A stretch of 64,000 nucleotides of DNA from Ginglymostoma cirratum (Eukaryota). The stretch is from positions 15,168,385 to 15,232,384 of the forward strand of contig JAHRHZ010000041.1 of the NCBI GenBank assembly GCA_024137785.1, read 5' to 3'. The translations under genes were made by a program, and so were the position numbers. Every line of letters begins with the position of its first letter. The first letter of the stretch is position 1. Below, piece after piece: positions 12,105-23,744 of this stretch. The notes under the pieces were generated by a model that had not been told where the DNA came from, did no database searches, and worked only from the letters and a program-made list of their open reading frames with translations.

Positions 12105-12912
12105 GAAGTGGGGATGTTTGCAGATGATTGCACAGCATTAAGCACTATCCGAGACTCCTCGTGTACCAAGGTGGTTAATGTCCAAATGCAGCAAAACCTG
12201 GACAGCAATTAGCAAGCAACATTCACACCAAGTGCCAGGCAATGACCATTTCTAACAAGACAGAATCTATTCATTGCCCCTTGACGCTCAATCGGGTACC
12301 ATTAACGAATCCACCATTATCAACACTTTGGGGGTTACCATTGACCAGAAACTGAACTAGCCATATAAGTACAGTGGCTACAACAGCAAGTCAGAAGCTA
12401 GGAACTCAATTTCAGATTCCCCAAAGCCTTTCCACCATCTACAAGGCACATGTTTGAAGTGTCATAGAATACTCTCCTCTTGCCAGGTTGAGTCCAGTTC
12501 TAACAACACTCAAGAAGCGTGACACCAATCAGAACAAAGCAGCCCACTTGATTGGTACCAACTCGTCAAACATTTCTTTTTTCTCCATCGCTGAATTGTA
12601 GTCACAGCAGTGTGCTCCATTTACAAAATTCACTACAGAAATTCACCAAGGTTCCTTAGATAGCACCCTCCAAACCCATGACGACTACTGTTTTCTAAAA
12701 AAAAAAGGACAGCTGCAGCAGATACTTGGGGAACGCCGCCACCTGCAATTGCCATTCCTTCAATATTGCTGGGTCAAAATTGTGGGAATCCCTCGGATAC
12801 CTACAGTGGTTTAAGAAAACAGTTCACCATCACATTATCAAGATCAACTCGGGGCTGGAAACAAACGCTGGCCTAGCCAGCAACGCCACATCCCATGAAT
12901 GAACGTAAAGAA
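12105..12912 (+). mobile_element. CR1/L2-group LINE 3' fragment (family B; RT C-terminus and 3' UTR)
   Basis: MFADDCT...LGVTIDQKLN...TVATTASQKLG remnant; tail gctggcctagccagcaacgccacatcccatgaatgaa shared with SINE family A. Confidence 0.8.
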
Positions 12913-13199
12913 AAATTCCCTGGTGAGTTGATGATTTTCGTCCCATTTTAGATACTGAAATTCCTCATTGATTAGAATGGGAAAGGAATCCCATCCAAGA
13001 TCTGACTACTAACTGGCATTCTGTGATCCTCTATAGAAAATGCACTGTGACTCAAAGCAGCTTCAGTATATCGTTCAGATGTTACAGTGCATTTGCACCA
13101 CTGTACAGAAATATATGCCTTTTCACTCACGTTCAAACCTGTTCACGATGAAACAATGGAACATGCAAGCTACATTTCATCAAATCCTCAGTGATTTAC

Positions 13200-13296
13200 C
13201 ATCAGAAGTGATCAGTTACTGGCAGGAACAGTGTCTGGTCTTGGAGCATTTCATCATTGGGAGAGTTCCACTTACCTAGAAACAAAAAAGGAGAGA
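13200..13296 (-). other. Candidate recursive splice site with RS-exon (13275->13200)
   Basis: Minus strand TCTCTCCTTTTTTGTTTCTAG|GTAAGT; 76 nt later ATG|GTAAAT donor; stops in all three frames. Confidence 0.5.
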
Positions 13297-13830
13297 TCTT
13301 CATTACTAAAGGCACTTTGTTCAATTGGTAGAAAAGACTTCAACTTTTCAAAATAAATAAATTTGGGATTGTTGTCAACGATGTAAGAAATTAAAACTGG
13401 GATAAAATGCATTTAAATTTCAAGTGTCCATGTAAATGTAGCAATTTACTTGTAAAGGTTCATTTTTATTTATATATAATAATTTGCAGCATTAGCTGGA
13501 AATTCCATATTTGACAGTGAATTTAATTGTTCCTGTATACTCTGCTCAGACACACTACAAATGATGCCATGTAATTTATGCACGTGTTCATTAATTAATG
13601 CTTTGTGCGTACAGGCACAATTACAACAAACTGTGCTCTTGAATGAAAGCAAACAGAATGTCAGCATGGAACAATGTGCGTTGACAAAAAGTCAAATACC
13701 ACATACAAAATGGATAAATGGGGAATCAGAACATAAGCAATCAGACTAACAATCTCATCAACACCGAGAAACAGAATTTTAGTACAGTATCTGCCTAGTC
13801 TGTTACAACGAGGTGCTCAGGGCATCCGAG

Positions 13831-14058
13831 CAATAGTAAGAACCGCAGATGCTGGAGTCAGAGGTAACGCAGTGTGGAGCTGGAGGAACACGGCAGACCA
13901 GGCAGCATCAGAGGAGCAGGAAAGCTGATGTTTCGGTTCGGGACCCTTCTTCAGAAAATAAAGTGTGTCTGGAGAAGGATCCCGACCCAAAACGTCAACT
14001 TCCCTGCTCCTCTGATGCTGCCTGGCCTGTTGTGTTCCTCCAGTTCCACACTGTGTTA
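13831..14058. mobile_element. Head-to-head pair of PLE-terminus/HHR elements
   Basis: Minus copy about 13831-13956 and plus copy about 13968-14058; flanked by degenerate 16-bp direct repeat gctcagggcatccgag (13815-13830) / gctcaagacgtccgag (14059-14074). Confidence 0.8.
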
Positions 14059-14747
14059 GCTCAAGACGTCCGAGTTGCCAGTACATCTCAGATCAACCAA
14101 GTGCTGCAACTCCCACATCATGCACAAAGGAATAGAATTACTGCTCAGGAGAAGTTGCTGAACAAAGACCAAAGCATATCACTTTTCTTTCTGTGGCCAC
14201 TTCTGCTTTTGAAGGAGAAAAAAGAAAGGCAAATAACCTCCGATTTGGCAGACCTGTTAACTGGTGACAGCAGTTACACCTGGGCACCTGCAACTGTGGA
14301 GTCTGCTCCATGGCAAACAATGTACAGGCTGTTCACAGAATGCGTGCAGTCACCAGACTCCTCATTAACTCAAAAGACTATCAAAATACCATTGCACATT
14401 ATCATCTTCTATTCTGAAGCGAGGTCAAAAGCCTAGGTGTTAACTGCAAGGACAGAGCATAGAGGAGTTGGTTTATCAACTGTAAGTGAATTAATAGAAT
14501 TGCAAGGATTTCAAGCTCTACATTCAGCAAGATGCAAGGTCAAACACACTGTTATAAACTTCAATTTTCCCTTCCTCTGATAACTGTAAGATCTTTTAAC
14601 ACTTATGTTTCAGGACTGTTTATTTAATTTAGCATGAGATGGAGAAACGAGGTGCATCATGCCCCCAATTCTGAATTCTGCTGCTTGGATGTTCGGGATC
14701 AAGGTTTGTGAACCGTTGTCCTTTAACAAATTAATTCACTTTAAAAT

Positions 14748-14848
14748 TTGTGGAGCGTAATCAGAGTTAATGTTTCGGGCTCGGTGCCCCTTTCTTCAGA
14801 ACACCCAAAACCTGCTGAGTTTTCTAGCAACTTCTGTTCTTGGTTCTT
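14748..14848. mobile_element. Head-to-head PLE-terminus fragments
   Basis: gagttaatgtttcggg...ttcttcagaa (minus) joined to acctgctgagtttctagcaacttctg (plus). Confidence 0.6.
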
Positions 14849-16034
14849 AGAAGCTAAGAATTGCTTTGGGCAGGTTCCAGGAGAATGAAATATGTACTTG
14901 AAGCTCGAAGTATAAAAATGGAAGGAAATTTAATGGTAAATTAATTTTTGTCTCATTTAAAAGTTGTCAACTAAAATAGTGTTTAGTCAATGTTGTTGTC
15001 TGACCCGTATAGTCGTTCACGAGCCGTTTGAACTTCCTTTCAAAAGTCATCAGTCTCTAAGGGGATCATAACAATATGCGTTACAGTCCAGTACTGCAAT
15101 ATTTGATCAGCTAAGCATACTCTCTAGACAATGTACTATTACCCAAGTGCTCTCAGTAACCCATCAAGTTCAATTAACTCATGTTTCAGGGAGCCCCAGA
15201 CACACTCATTTTTTCATTCAGCTCTCAAACACTCCACTGCTCTAGAGAACCAGTAAAATTCCAAGCAGACGAATGAAAGACCAAAAGGACCTTCAAGCCT
15301 GAACTGCTTTTCTCAAGCCTCTGGAATATAAACATGAAGAGAGATACATCAATTTGGTATGTCAGCACGACAAAGTGCTTAGACCTGGAAGGGCATGAAG
15401 GACACTTGGCCCAAACAGATTTAGCAATCGTAGCAGGGCAGTGCGCTGTGTGAATACCCAGAGATACATTTACAGATCTGTAATGCTGCTCTTAAAATGA
15501 GCTCTTCTCCCGTTTCATAGTAACTACTCACCAAAATGCACTGTCAAACCTAACCCAAGGGCTCACCATACTTCTAAAATGAGTTATCTTTCAAACAGTA
15601 ACCACAACATTCTTTATTATAGTTTCAGGTTTCAACCCATTTCTCCACTGCTCTAACAAGATGTGAAGTAGTAAAGATATCAAGGGCTGTAGACTCCCTG
15701 CTGTAGGAAGAGGAGATGATGATGTAACACAGAAGGACTAAAAAATATTGGTGAAGGTTTTCTGGTGGACAATAAATCCACTGCAGGGAAATCAGATAAA
15801 AGGTAGGGTCACGCCCTAACCCTATAGTTATATTTACTGTCAAAGAATTTGCTGAGCCTTATGACCTTGGGTAATCTCTAAAAAGGACCATAAAAAGATG
15901 AGTGCCAGCATCAACCAAATTATTACCCTCTTCCCAGATCTGCCCACTCCAACATAAAGTTTCTGAACAAGGAAGGAAGGGAATAATCTATGCATTTCAC
16001 ATGTGCTAAAAATAGTTAGAAAATTGGCAATCAA

Positions 16035-16567
16035 TTTTTTTTCCTTTATGCATTCATGGGATGAGGCTGTCGCTGACCAGGCAGCATTTATTGCCCATCC
16101 TAATTGCCCAGAGAGCAGTTTAGAGTAAACCACATTGTTGTTGGTCCAGAGTCACATGTAGGCCAGATCAGGTAAGTATGGCAGAGATAAAAGGTACTGC
16201 AGATGCTGGAGAATCCGAGATAACAAGCATGGGGCTGGATGAACACAGCAGGTCAAGCAGCATCATAGGAGCAGGAAAACTTGACGTTTCGGGCCTAAAC
16301 CCTTCATCAGAAATTTCTTGTTATCTTGTTATCTCAGGTAAGTATGGCAGTTTCCTTCCGTAAAGGGCGTTAGTAAACCAGATGGGTTTTTCCCCTAACA
16401 ATCCTCAATGAGTTCATGGTCACAATTAGATTCGTAATTCCAGATATTTTATGGAATTCAAATTCCACCATCTGCCATGGTGGGATTCGAACCTAGGTCC
16501 TCAGGACATTATCTGGGTCTCCAGATTAACAAGTCCAGTGATAATACCACGAGGCCATTGCCTCCCT
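16035..16567 (-). mobile_element. SINE family A interrupted by a young HHR element
   Basis: Reverse-complement match to 20850-21205 on both sides of the 16185-16333 insert. Confidence 0.85.
16185..16333 (-). mobile_element. Young Neptune-type PLE-terminus element with intact HHR and 17-bp TSD
   Basis: rc: ttt-CTGATGA-A-GGGT ttag GCCC-GAAACGTC-aag; perfect direct repeat tcaggtaagtatggcag at 16168-16184 and 16334-16350. Confidence 0.9.
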
Positions 16568-18434
16568 GCTTCAGAGATAAGTCTACGACCTGTGCTCATA
16601 CAATAAACAGTCTCAAAATTTCAAAGGCCCTTTGAAATTAACACATGGAAAGTTATAGGTTGTAAACTGCTCTCCACTGTGCCCACGTGAATCCATGTGT
16701 ACAAAGAACAGAGCTGTAAACAGTATAACATCAGAACTGTTAATATGCAACATATTGAATCTAGGCCATTCCCTGCTAACTAAAGGATTCCTCTCAGGTA
16801 ACAAAATGACGACCATCAATCTGCCACTATGAACATAAGTTACTGAAGAACCGTGTCCCCTGCTTGTGAACACTACCTAACAGAAAGATTAAATTATTAC
16901 AAATTAAGATACAAACCGCTGCCCTGGACTTATTTCATAACAGGCACGTAAATTTCATATTTGGATGATGGATAAACCATTTGATTTTTACTATGCGAGC
17001 TGATGTCTTCACCTGAAACGCAGACATCTTGCTTTGGTCATTTTTAGTCATTCGTTTGTGTGTATTCTACTACTTTGATAATTAGCACCTTACTGCAGAA
17101 TTATTAAACTGTTATGAATAACGTACCATGTAACAGAATGTGACAACAGTCAAATATACAGATGCAATGCTATCTGTTAACAGCTTGCTTATTTATTATC
17201 TTTCATGATAATGATCAATCTACAGTTGAACTTAATTTAAGATGCATATTTAACATATTGCATCCTGTATTTAGATATGCAATCATGCTAAATTTATCTA
17301 GGAGTACCTCCAGTTCTCGGATCAATTTCTGGTGGTCACCAGATATAAAAATCTGAAATCATTTACCTGAAATTGTCACGATTAAGAAGAACTCCCGCTA
17401 CATGTGAAATCTCCAGGACTAATTTTTCAGTGTACAATTTGTTTGGACAGTTCAGAGTTATTTTCCAATAAGGTACAAGCAATCTTCATTGGAAATGCAA
17501 ACTGGGAACCTTCTGTCAGATATTATGGAAGGTCCACTACCCGCTTTTACTTGAGTGGCCAGGAGTAAAATTCCACGTTATTGATGGAAAATACTGGACA
17601 AAGGACTAAAGGGAGTATAAATCTTCAATATTTTTGATGAAACTTTGGTTTCATCGGTTGCTGCAAGATTTGCGTGGCTCGCAATGGTGGGGGCAATGCA
17701 AATGTGGAACATGGATGAAATGTAGGTTTTGATCTAAAACTATTTATCAATTTGCAAGATTCTGAGGAACACTGCTAGGATACCAACTCTGAAACAAATC
17801 TATAGAATTCTAACAAGTTCAGATGTAGATCGACCTCAGTTTGGGATAAGTATCTACCTAATTTAGGTGCATGGAATAAAGCAAATAAAAAACGTAATTT
17901 ATAACCTTTTGCTTATGGCCTCAACTGAAGAGTTTATAAATAAGTCACTGAACCCCACTAGAGAAAACTGAGAAATTGAGTTGTAAATTTTAAGAGGAGC
18001 AGGGATATTAATCCCAAAATCTGAAAGGTCCGTAGTTCAAATCAGTCCTGCCTAAGCTCTAACTGGACTAATTGGACCAGTGTATGTCATCCCCAATTCG
18101 GTAGGCTAAACCGAAGTGATATAGATGAAATTGGGATGGTTAAAAATTTAAGTGAATCTATATCAAGTACACATTTGGAACTTTGAACACTTTCAGTTGT
18201 TTTCACTCCAATAACAATGATGCGACAGTTCCTAGCACAAACACCGGATACTTGGATGTTGGTGAGCACATCTCATTCACCATCTAAGCAGGACTTAGAC
18301 CGAACACACGTTGGAGTGGAAGTAGACCATTCTGCCCTTAAAGCCATTCAAGATGATCACGGCTGATTGGTGGGGGAATAAAGGGTAGGTGGGAATATGG
18401 AATTAAAAACACAAACCAAACAAGAATCTATCCA

Positions 18435-19175
18435 GAGAGGCTGGTCAAGATGGGAGTCCTTGAACCCATAAATGAATGTGTGTGACTGGACTATACCTAT
18501 GGTAGTAGTGATGAGAAAATGGATTGGTATGCATCTGCGGTGACTTTAAGATTAAGATCACTATTAATCTGGTACTGTATGCTGAGCAGTATGCTGTACC
18601 TTTAATCAATGACCTATTTGCTGAACTAGCTGGAGGTCAGCTTTTCAATAGAATTGACCTCAGTAGAGCCTTTCTTTAGAGGAATGTGATTCCTGAGTCA
18701 CAGAAATACTTGATGTCTGTAACACATGAAGGACTATTCATACACAAAAGATTTCCATTTAGAATCACATATACAGCTGCATTATTCCAATGTGCCATGG
18801 ATCAGATTTTCAGTAGATTGAAAGGAGTCCAGTGTCAGCTGGATGATAATTTAACGAAAACAATTTAGATGTTGTCCTGCAAGCACTTGAAGATTATAGC
18901 TAAAGAGTGAGGGAAGAGAAAATGTGAACTTTGTAAATTTTCCAAATATTGAAACCACGTCATTGATCGTAAAGGGATTACATGAGTCACCTTCAAAAAG
19001 TTACAACTGAGACACCAGCACCTAAAAATGTAAACCAACTACAACCATTTTTGGGCTTGCTAAATTACTATGGCAGGTTTGTCTTAAATTTTGCAATCAT
19101 TCAAGCTGTTGCACAATCAGTTGTGTCAAAACAAGAATTGGAAATGGGAATATCAATGTGATTAAGCTTTGATTA
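18435..19175 (+). mobile_element. Gypsy (Mag-clade-like) LTR retrotransposon reverse transcriptase remnant
   Basis: Frameshifted translation ERLVKMGVLEP...ICGDFK..TINLVLYAEQYAVPLINDLFAELAGGQLFNRIDLSRAF...ESQKYL..THEGLF..KRFPF...FQCAMDQI...GVQCQLDD...[20 protein letters not shown]. Confidence 0.9.
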
Positions 19176-19309
19176 AGATAATTACTCCACAAGGCAGTAG
19201 GCTAGACTAAACGGCTTCCCTCCAAAATGGCCAATGATGTCATCGTCACATCACTCAAGGTGGTAGTACAACAAACATACATGCACACAGGCAATGTTTT
19301 TGCGTTTTG

Positions 19310-20045
19310 GAATTACACACTCCCATCTGCCCCTGACTTTCCTCAATTTCCTGCCTACAAAGAATCTACACTGACTTAAAAATATTCAATGACTCTGTCT
19401 CCACCACCTTCTGAGGCAGAGTGTGTTCGAAACTGCATAACGTTTAGAAATTGTTGCTCCTCATCTCTGTTCTGAAGGGGTGATCCCAAGTTTGAAAATG
19501 GTGTCACCTGGTTCTGGTCTGAGCTACGACAGGAAACTCTTATCCACCTTCACCTGTCGAGACCATTTAGAATCTTAAAACATTTCAATCAAGGCACCCC
19601 TCCCGCCTCTAAACTCCAGGTCCAACCTTTTCTCATAAGGCAACTTGCTCAGGAGTCAACCTAGTAAATCCCTCTGAACTGCCTCCAATGAATTTATATA
19701 TCTTTCCTTGCATAAAGAGATCAAAACTGCAAAAAGTATTTAAGAATTGGTCTCACTGACGGCCTGCATAAAAACAAGGATGTTATGTTTGTTATGCTTT
19801 CATGATAAAGAACAGCATCCCATTAGCTTCCTTGATCATGTGGTGTCTGCATACTTACTTTTGAGACATGTATCAAACACCAAATACAGTCTCTGTTCAA
19901 GTAATAGTCTTTTTTTATTCTTCCTGCCAAAAAGTGAACAACTTTACCTTTTCCAACATTATCCTCCATCTGCCAGATTTTTTTGCCTAATTCATTCAAA
20001 CTATCTATATCCACGTGCGGCTTCCTTGTGTCTTTCTTCCAAGAC
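19310..20045 (-). mobile_element. CR1-type LINE fragment
   Basis: ctcaatttcctgcctacaaagaatctac...aatattcaatgactctgtctccacc; minus ORF KIWQMEDNVGKGKVVHF is a CR1 RT motif (WQMxxNVxKCxVxH). Confidence 0.8.
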
Positions 20046-20169
20046 AGCTATTCTTTGCATTGACCCTGGCAATCCTTCAGTGACTTTAAAAGGTCATAAA
20101 AACAGGTTAATAGGCTTATTCCAGGATCTCTATAAATCGGGTTAAAGGCAGCCTCCAGCATGCTTGCTC

Positions 20170-20750
20170 TCATTGCTCAGACCTTTGAGTACAGCAGTTA
20201 GGGCATCATTGGCGAGGCTTCTACTGGTGTATTATGTTCGGTTCTGGTCGCCCTGTTATAGGAAGGATCATATTAAGCGGGACAGGGTTCAGAAGAGATT
20301 TACTTGGATACTGCTGGGTATGGAAGGTCTGAGTTATAGAGAAAGGCTGGAACTTTTTGCACTGGAGCATACGAGGTTGAGAGGTGACCTTTTGGAGATT
20401 TATAAAATCATGAGAGATATAGATTAGGTGTATGGCAGGTGTCTTTTTCCTAGGGTGCAGGACTTCAAGACTAGGGGGGCATATTTTTAAGGTGAGAAGA
20501 GGAAGATTTTTTTTTTTTTAAAAGAATGACATCGGGGCAACTTTTTATTTAAAACAGAGATTGGTTCGTGTGTGGAATGAACTTCCATAGGAAGTGATGG
20601 ATGTGGGTACATTACAATGTTTTAAAGACATTTGCATAAATAGATGAATAAAAAAAATGGGTCAAGCAAGGAGAAGTGTAGTTTGGGATCATGGTCAGTG
20701 TGTACTAATTTGACCAAAGGGTCAGTTTGTGTGCTGTATGACTCTACAAC
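20170..20750 (+). mobile_element. CR1/HER1-type LINE 3' fragment
   Basis: YYVRFWSPCYRKDHIKRDRVQKRFT...LSYRERL...LRGDLLEIYKIM; 3' end gtgctgtatgactcta. Confidence 0.9.
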
Positions 20751-20849
20751 TCAAATAGGCTATTTGAACTTCTTTCCCAGTTTGTCCTAGCATAACATCA
20801 AACCCTTACTTGCACATAAAGCCAAAAGGAAATTAGAATATGGTGTACA

Positions 20850-21205
20850 AGCAGGTGATGGCCTAGTGGCATTATCGTTGGACTGTCAATCCAGAGACCC
20901 AGATAACATTCTGGGGACCTAGGTTCAAATCCTGCCATGGCAGATGGTGGAATTTGAATTCAATAAAATATCTGGAACTAAGAATCTAACGATGACTGTT
21001 AATCCACTGCCGATTGTTGGGGGGAAACCAGTCTGGTTCATTAATGCCCTTTAGGGAAGGAAACTGCCTTCCTTACCTGGTCCAGCTTACATGTGACTCC
21101 AGACCCACAGCAATGTAGCTGACTCTAAACTGCCCTCTGGGCAATCAGGGATGGGCAATAAATGCTGTCTGGCCAGCGACGCCCTCATCCCATGAATGAA
21201 TAAAG
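20850..21205 (+). mobile_element. tRNA-derived SINE family A, full length
   Basis: A box (tggcctagtgg), B box (ggttcaaatcc), tail gacgccctcatcccatgaatgaataaa. Confidence 0.9.
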
Positions 21206-21235
21206 AATACAGTACATAAAAGACTGGGGACTTAA

Positions 21236-21722
21236 AATGCTGCAGAAAAATGGTAAAACTGAAAATACTGGCAGCATTTCTGGAGAGAGAAAAACAGGAT
21301 CAATGTTTCAGCTCAACATTTACCTGTCTGAACATCAACTTGAAATAGGCCAAATGACCTTGTTCTGTGTCGTAATGACTCGGACTTTATTAAGACTAGA
21401 TTTCTACAGAGGACAGTTCAGCACAGTACAGGCCTTTCGGCCCACGATGTTGTGCTGATCTATTATCCTACTAAGATCAATCTACTCTGCATAATTTACG
21501 TTTTACTATCATCCATGTGCCTGTGCAAGAGTCACTTAAAATGTCCCCAATGTATCCGACTCTACCACCACCGCCAACAGCACATTCCATGCACCCACCA
21601 CTCTGTGTATAGAACCTGCCTCCGACCTCTGATTCCACAAGTACTGTTAATGCCTGCTGGGTATTTTCAATACTTTGAGTCCGATTTCAAACTTCCAGCA
21701 TCTGCAGCATTTTGCTTTTGAA
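21236..21722. mobile_element. Cluster: PLE-terminus fragment (-, 21236-21335), CR1 3' end (-, about 21410-21620), PLE-terminus tail (+, about 21625-21722)
   Basis: gcagcatttctggagagagaaa..aatgtttcag; cagcacagtacaggcctttcggcccacgatgttgtgctga; acttccagcatctgcagcattttgctttt. Confidence 0.6.
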
Positions 21723-23744
21723 TCGAAACACTGCACAAGCTGAGCTACTTTGTCTTTTCAGAGTCCAAGGTTGAAGCTGATCTAGGGTTAGTGCAATCCC
21801 TTGCCCACGTAGGATTACACCTGCTTCTTCAACACATTGTGATTATCACTGACATGGCTGAGACACAAAAAGTTAGCACAGAAACTTGAGCAAAGATGAC
21901 AAGCCAAGAAACTTGCAACCTCGGTCATTCCTTCATTAATATTTTACTTGCAAATATGCACCCAAAAGACATTAAAGTGAATGTAGATAATTAACAAAGA
22001 TCAGCAGCATCTTTATGATGGTTAATGAAGTGCTTAACCCGATTAGAGGAACCCATTGTATTCACGCAGAAGTAATTAGTCACTGCAGCTGGATCTGAAT
22101 TCTGCACATTTTATGAACCTGAATTTAAATGATTTGCTCACGAAACCAGCCCCACAAAGCCAACAGATGAAGAAATAGCACAAATGCTGCAAACAAAACA
22201 GAATTAAATCCAAAAAGAAAGCCAGCCATCTGAAAGGGGGAATGGCTCTGGTGAGACCAGTTGTCAGCACATTGCTGACAAGGATCCGCAACCACTATCA
22301 TCAGCTAATCGCTCCCAGATGCTGAATGACTTGCTGTGCTTTGTCCAAGTTTGCTTTCATTTTACTACCACACAAACTCCCACTGTTGCCTGAAAGTAGC
22401 ATGTGCAGATCGAAGCACAAAAGCTCTGAAACACGTCCCATTAAAATGAAGCCTCGATTTTGTTGCCCCGGCAACAGCAGGCACACACTGAGGTTATGTT
22501 CATTGAGAAATTTCCTTTAACGAAGTTGGCAGAGTACAAAATCTGTGGCTTGTCTGCTTAGGGAGGCTGGGAGGTGATGGGGGCAAGGGGAAAGGTAAAG
22601 GGAAGAAAGGAAATAGGAAGAAGAGGAATATTCAGTTTACCAAAAATTCTGAAAAACAAAAAGAACTCAAACCGACTTTCTTTCTAGCAAAACACAAACA
22701 TTGCAGGAGGTCACAACCCGAGATCATCGTGAATGTGACAAAGATAAAGGCCTAAAGATGATCTCCCACGTATTTTACAAATCTCTGGGAAAAACTGTGA
22801 TACAAGCCATGACAAAGCCACAAATATTTCTGTATGCCTATAGTTTTTGGAAATGGGATCAACATAATAGTGTAATGGAAACCTCAAAGTTACCCATAGG
22901 CTGTATGTAACAAGATGTTGAACTGAACTGAACTGAATCCAGGTAGTTTTCAACATGAATGTTGACAGATCGCACCTTCCGACAGTGGGAAACCATTCTC
23001 TATTTGCATATAGTTGTCAGCAAGTAATACCCTGTTCTGACAACTCAGCAGCAGTTTGACTAATCTTGATGCCTTACAGTGCAATACTCTACCTAAATGC
23101 CCACAGGGAGAAAAGAAAGAAATTAAGGTTTGCAAGGAATTAATTCTCTGTGACTTTCCATGTTCAATGACAAGAGACAAGAACCTTTGGAGGAATTGTG
23201 AGGAGACGAGAGAGTGAAAGAACATTCACTCTAAGAAGTCGAAGATTACTGAATATTTTCTGTTCAGCATCTCAATAAAATAACAGCAAGCCAACAAGAG
23301 AGTGTGGTGTGTGCATGCGCTGCGCGCAGGTATGACAATGTACTGCACCCTTGGTAAACGTGGATCACCCAATGGTCAGAATTGACAGCTTTGACAAGTT
23401 CAGAATTTCACATCAGTTGTAACAGGACCTTCTGGGGAAACAGAGCAGAGGTGTCTATTAGTGTCCAAAATGATTTGGGCATTTAACGAGCAACATTTAA
23501 CCAGCGACATTTTCACTCAGCTTATAATATTGTCAAAAAGACAATCTTCTCATACACTGGTGAAATCAGATTTGCTGTTGGCACATTTGCAGACTTGTCT
23601 TTCATACGGATGTCACTCAAAGCATGGAGTGCAAAAAAAAATCTCTTGTGGTTTACCAGTTAATTTTTAATTTGGGGTTTTTTGTCACCAAGTATTTAAG
23701 CATTGGATACCATATTAAAAAGTGAAAAGCTAGGAATAATAAAA

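Noticed and set aside
13849-14436. 195-aa ORF
   Set aside because: The first 70 codons are the fold-back HHR element and the remainder has no recognisable motif or exon structure.
17830-18060. Possible gag remnant upstream of the Gypsy RT
   Set aside because: Only faint motif resemblance; too decayed to support by eye.
20850-20940. tRNA-like A/B boxes (also at 33975, 46205, 60702)
   Set aside because: SINE heads that continue into SINE bodies, not tRNA genes.
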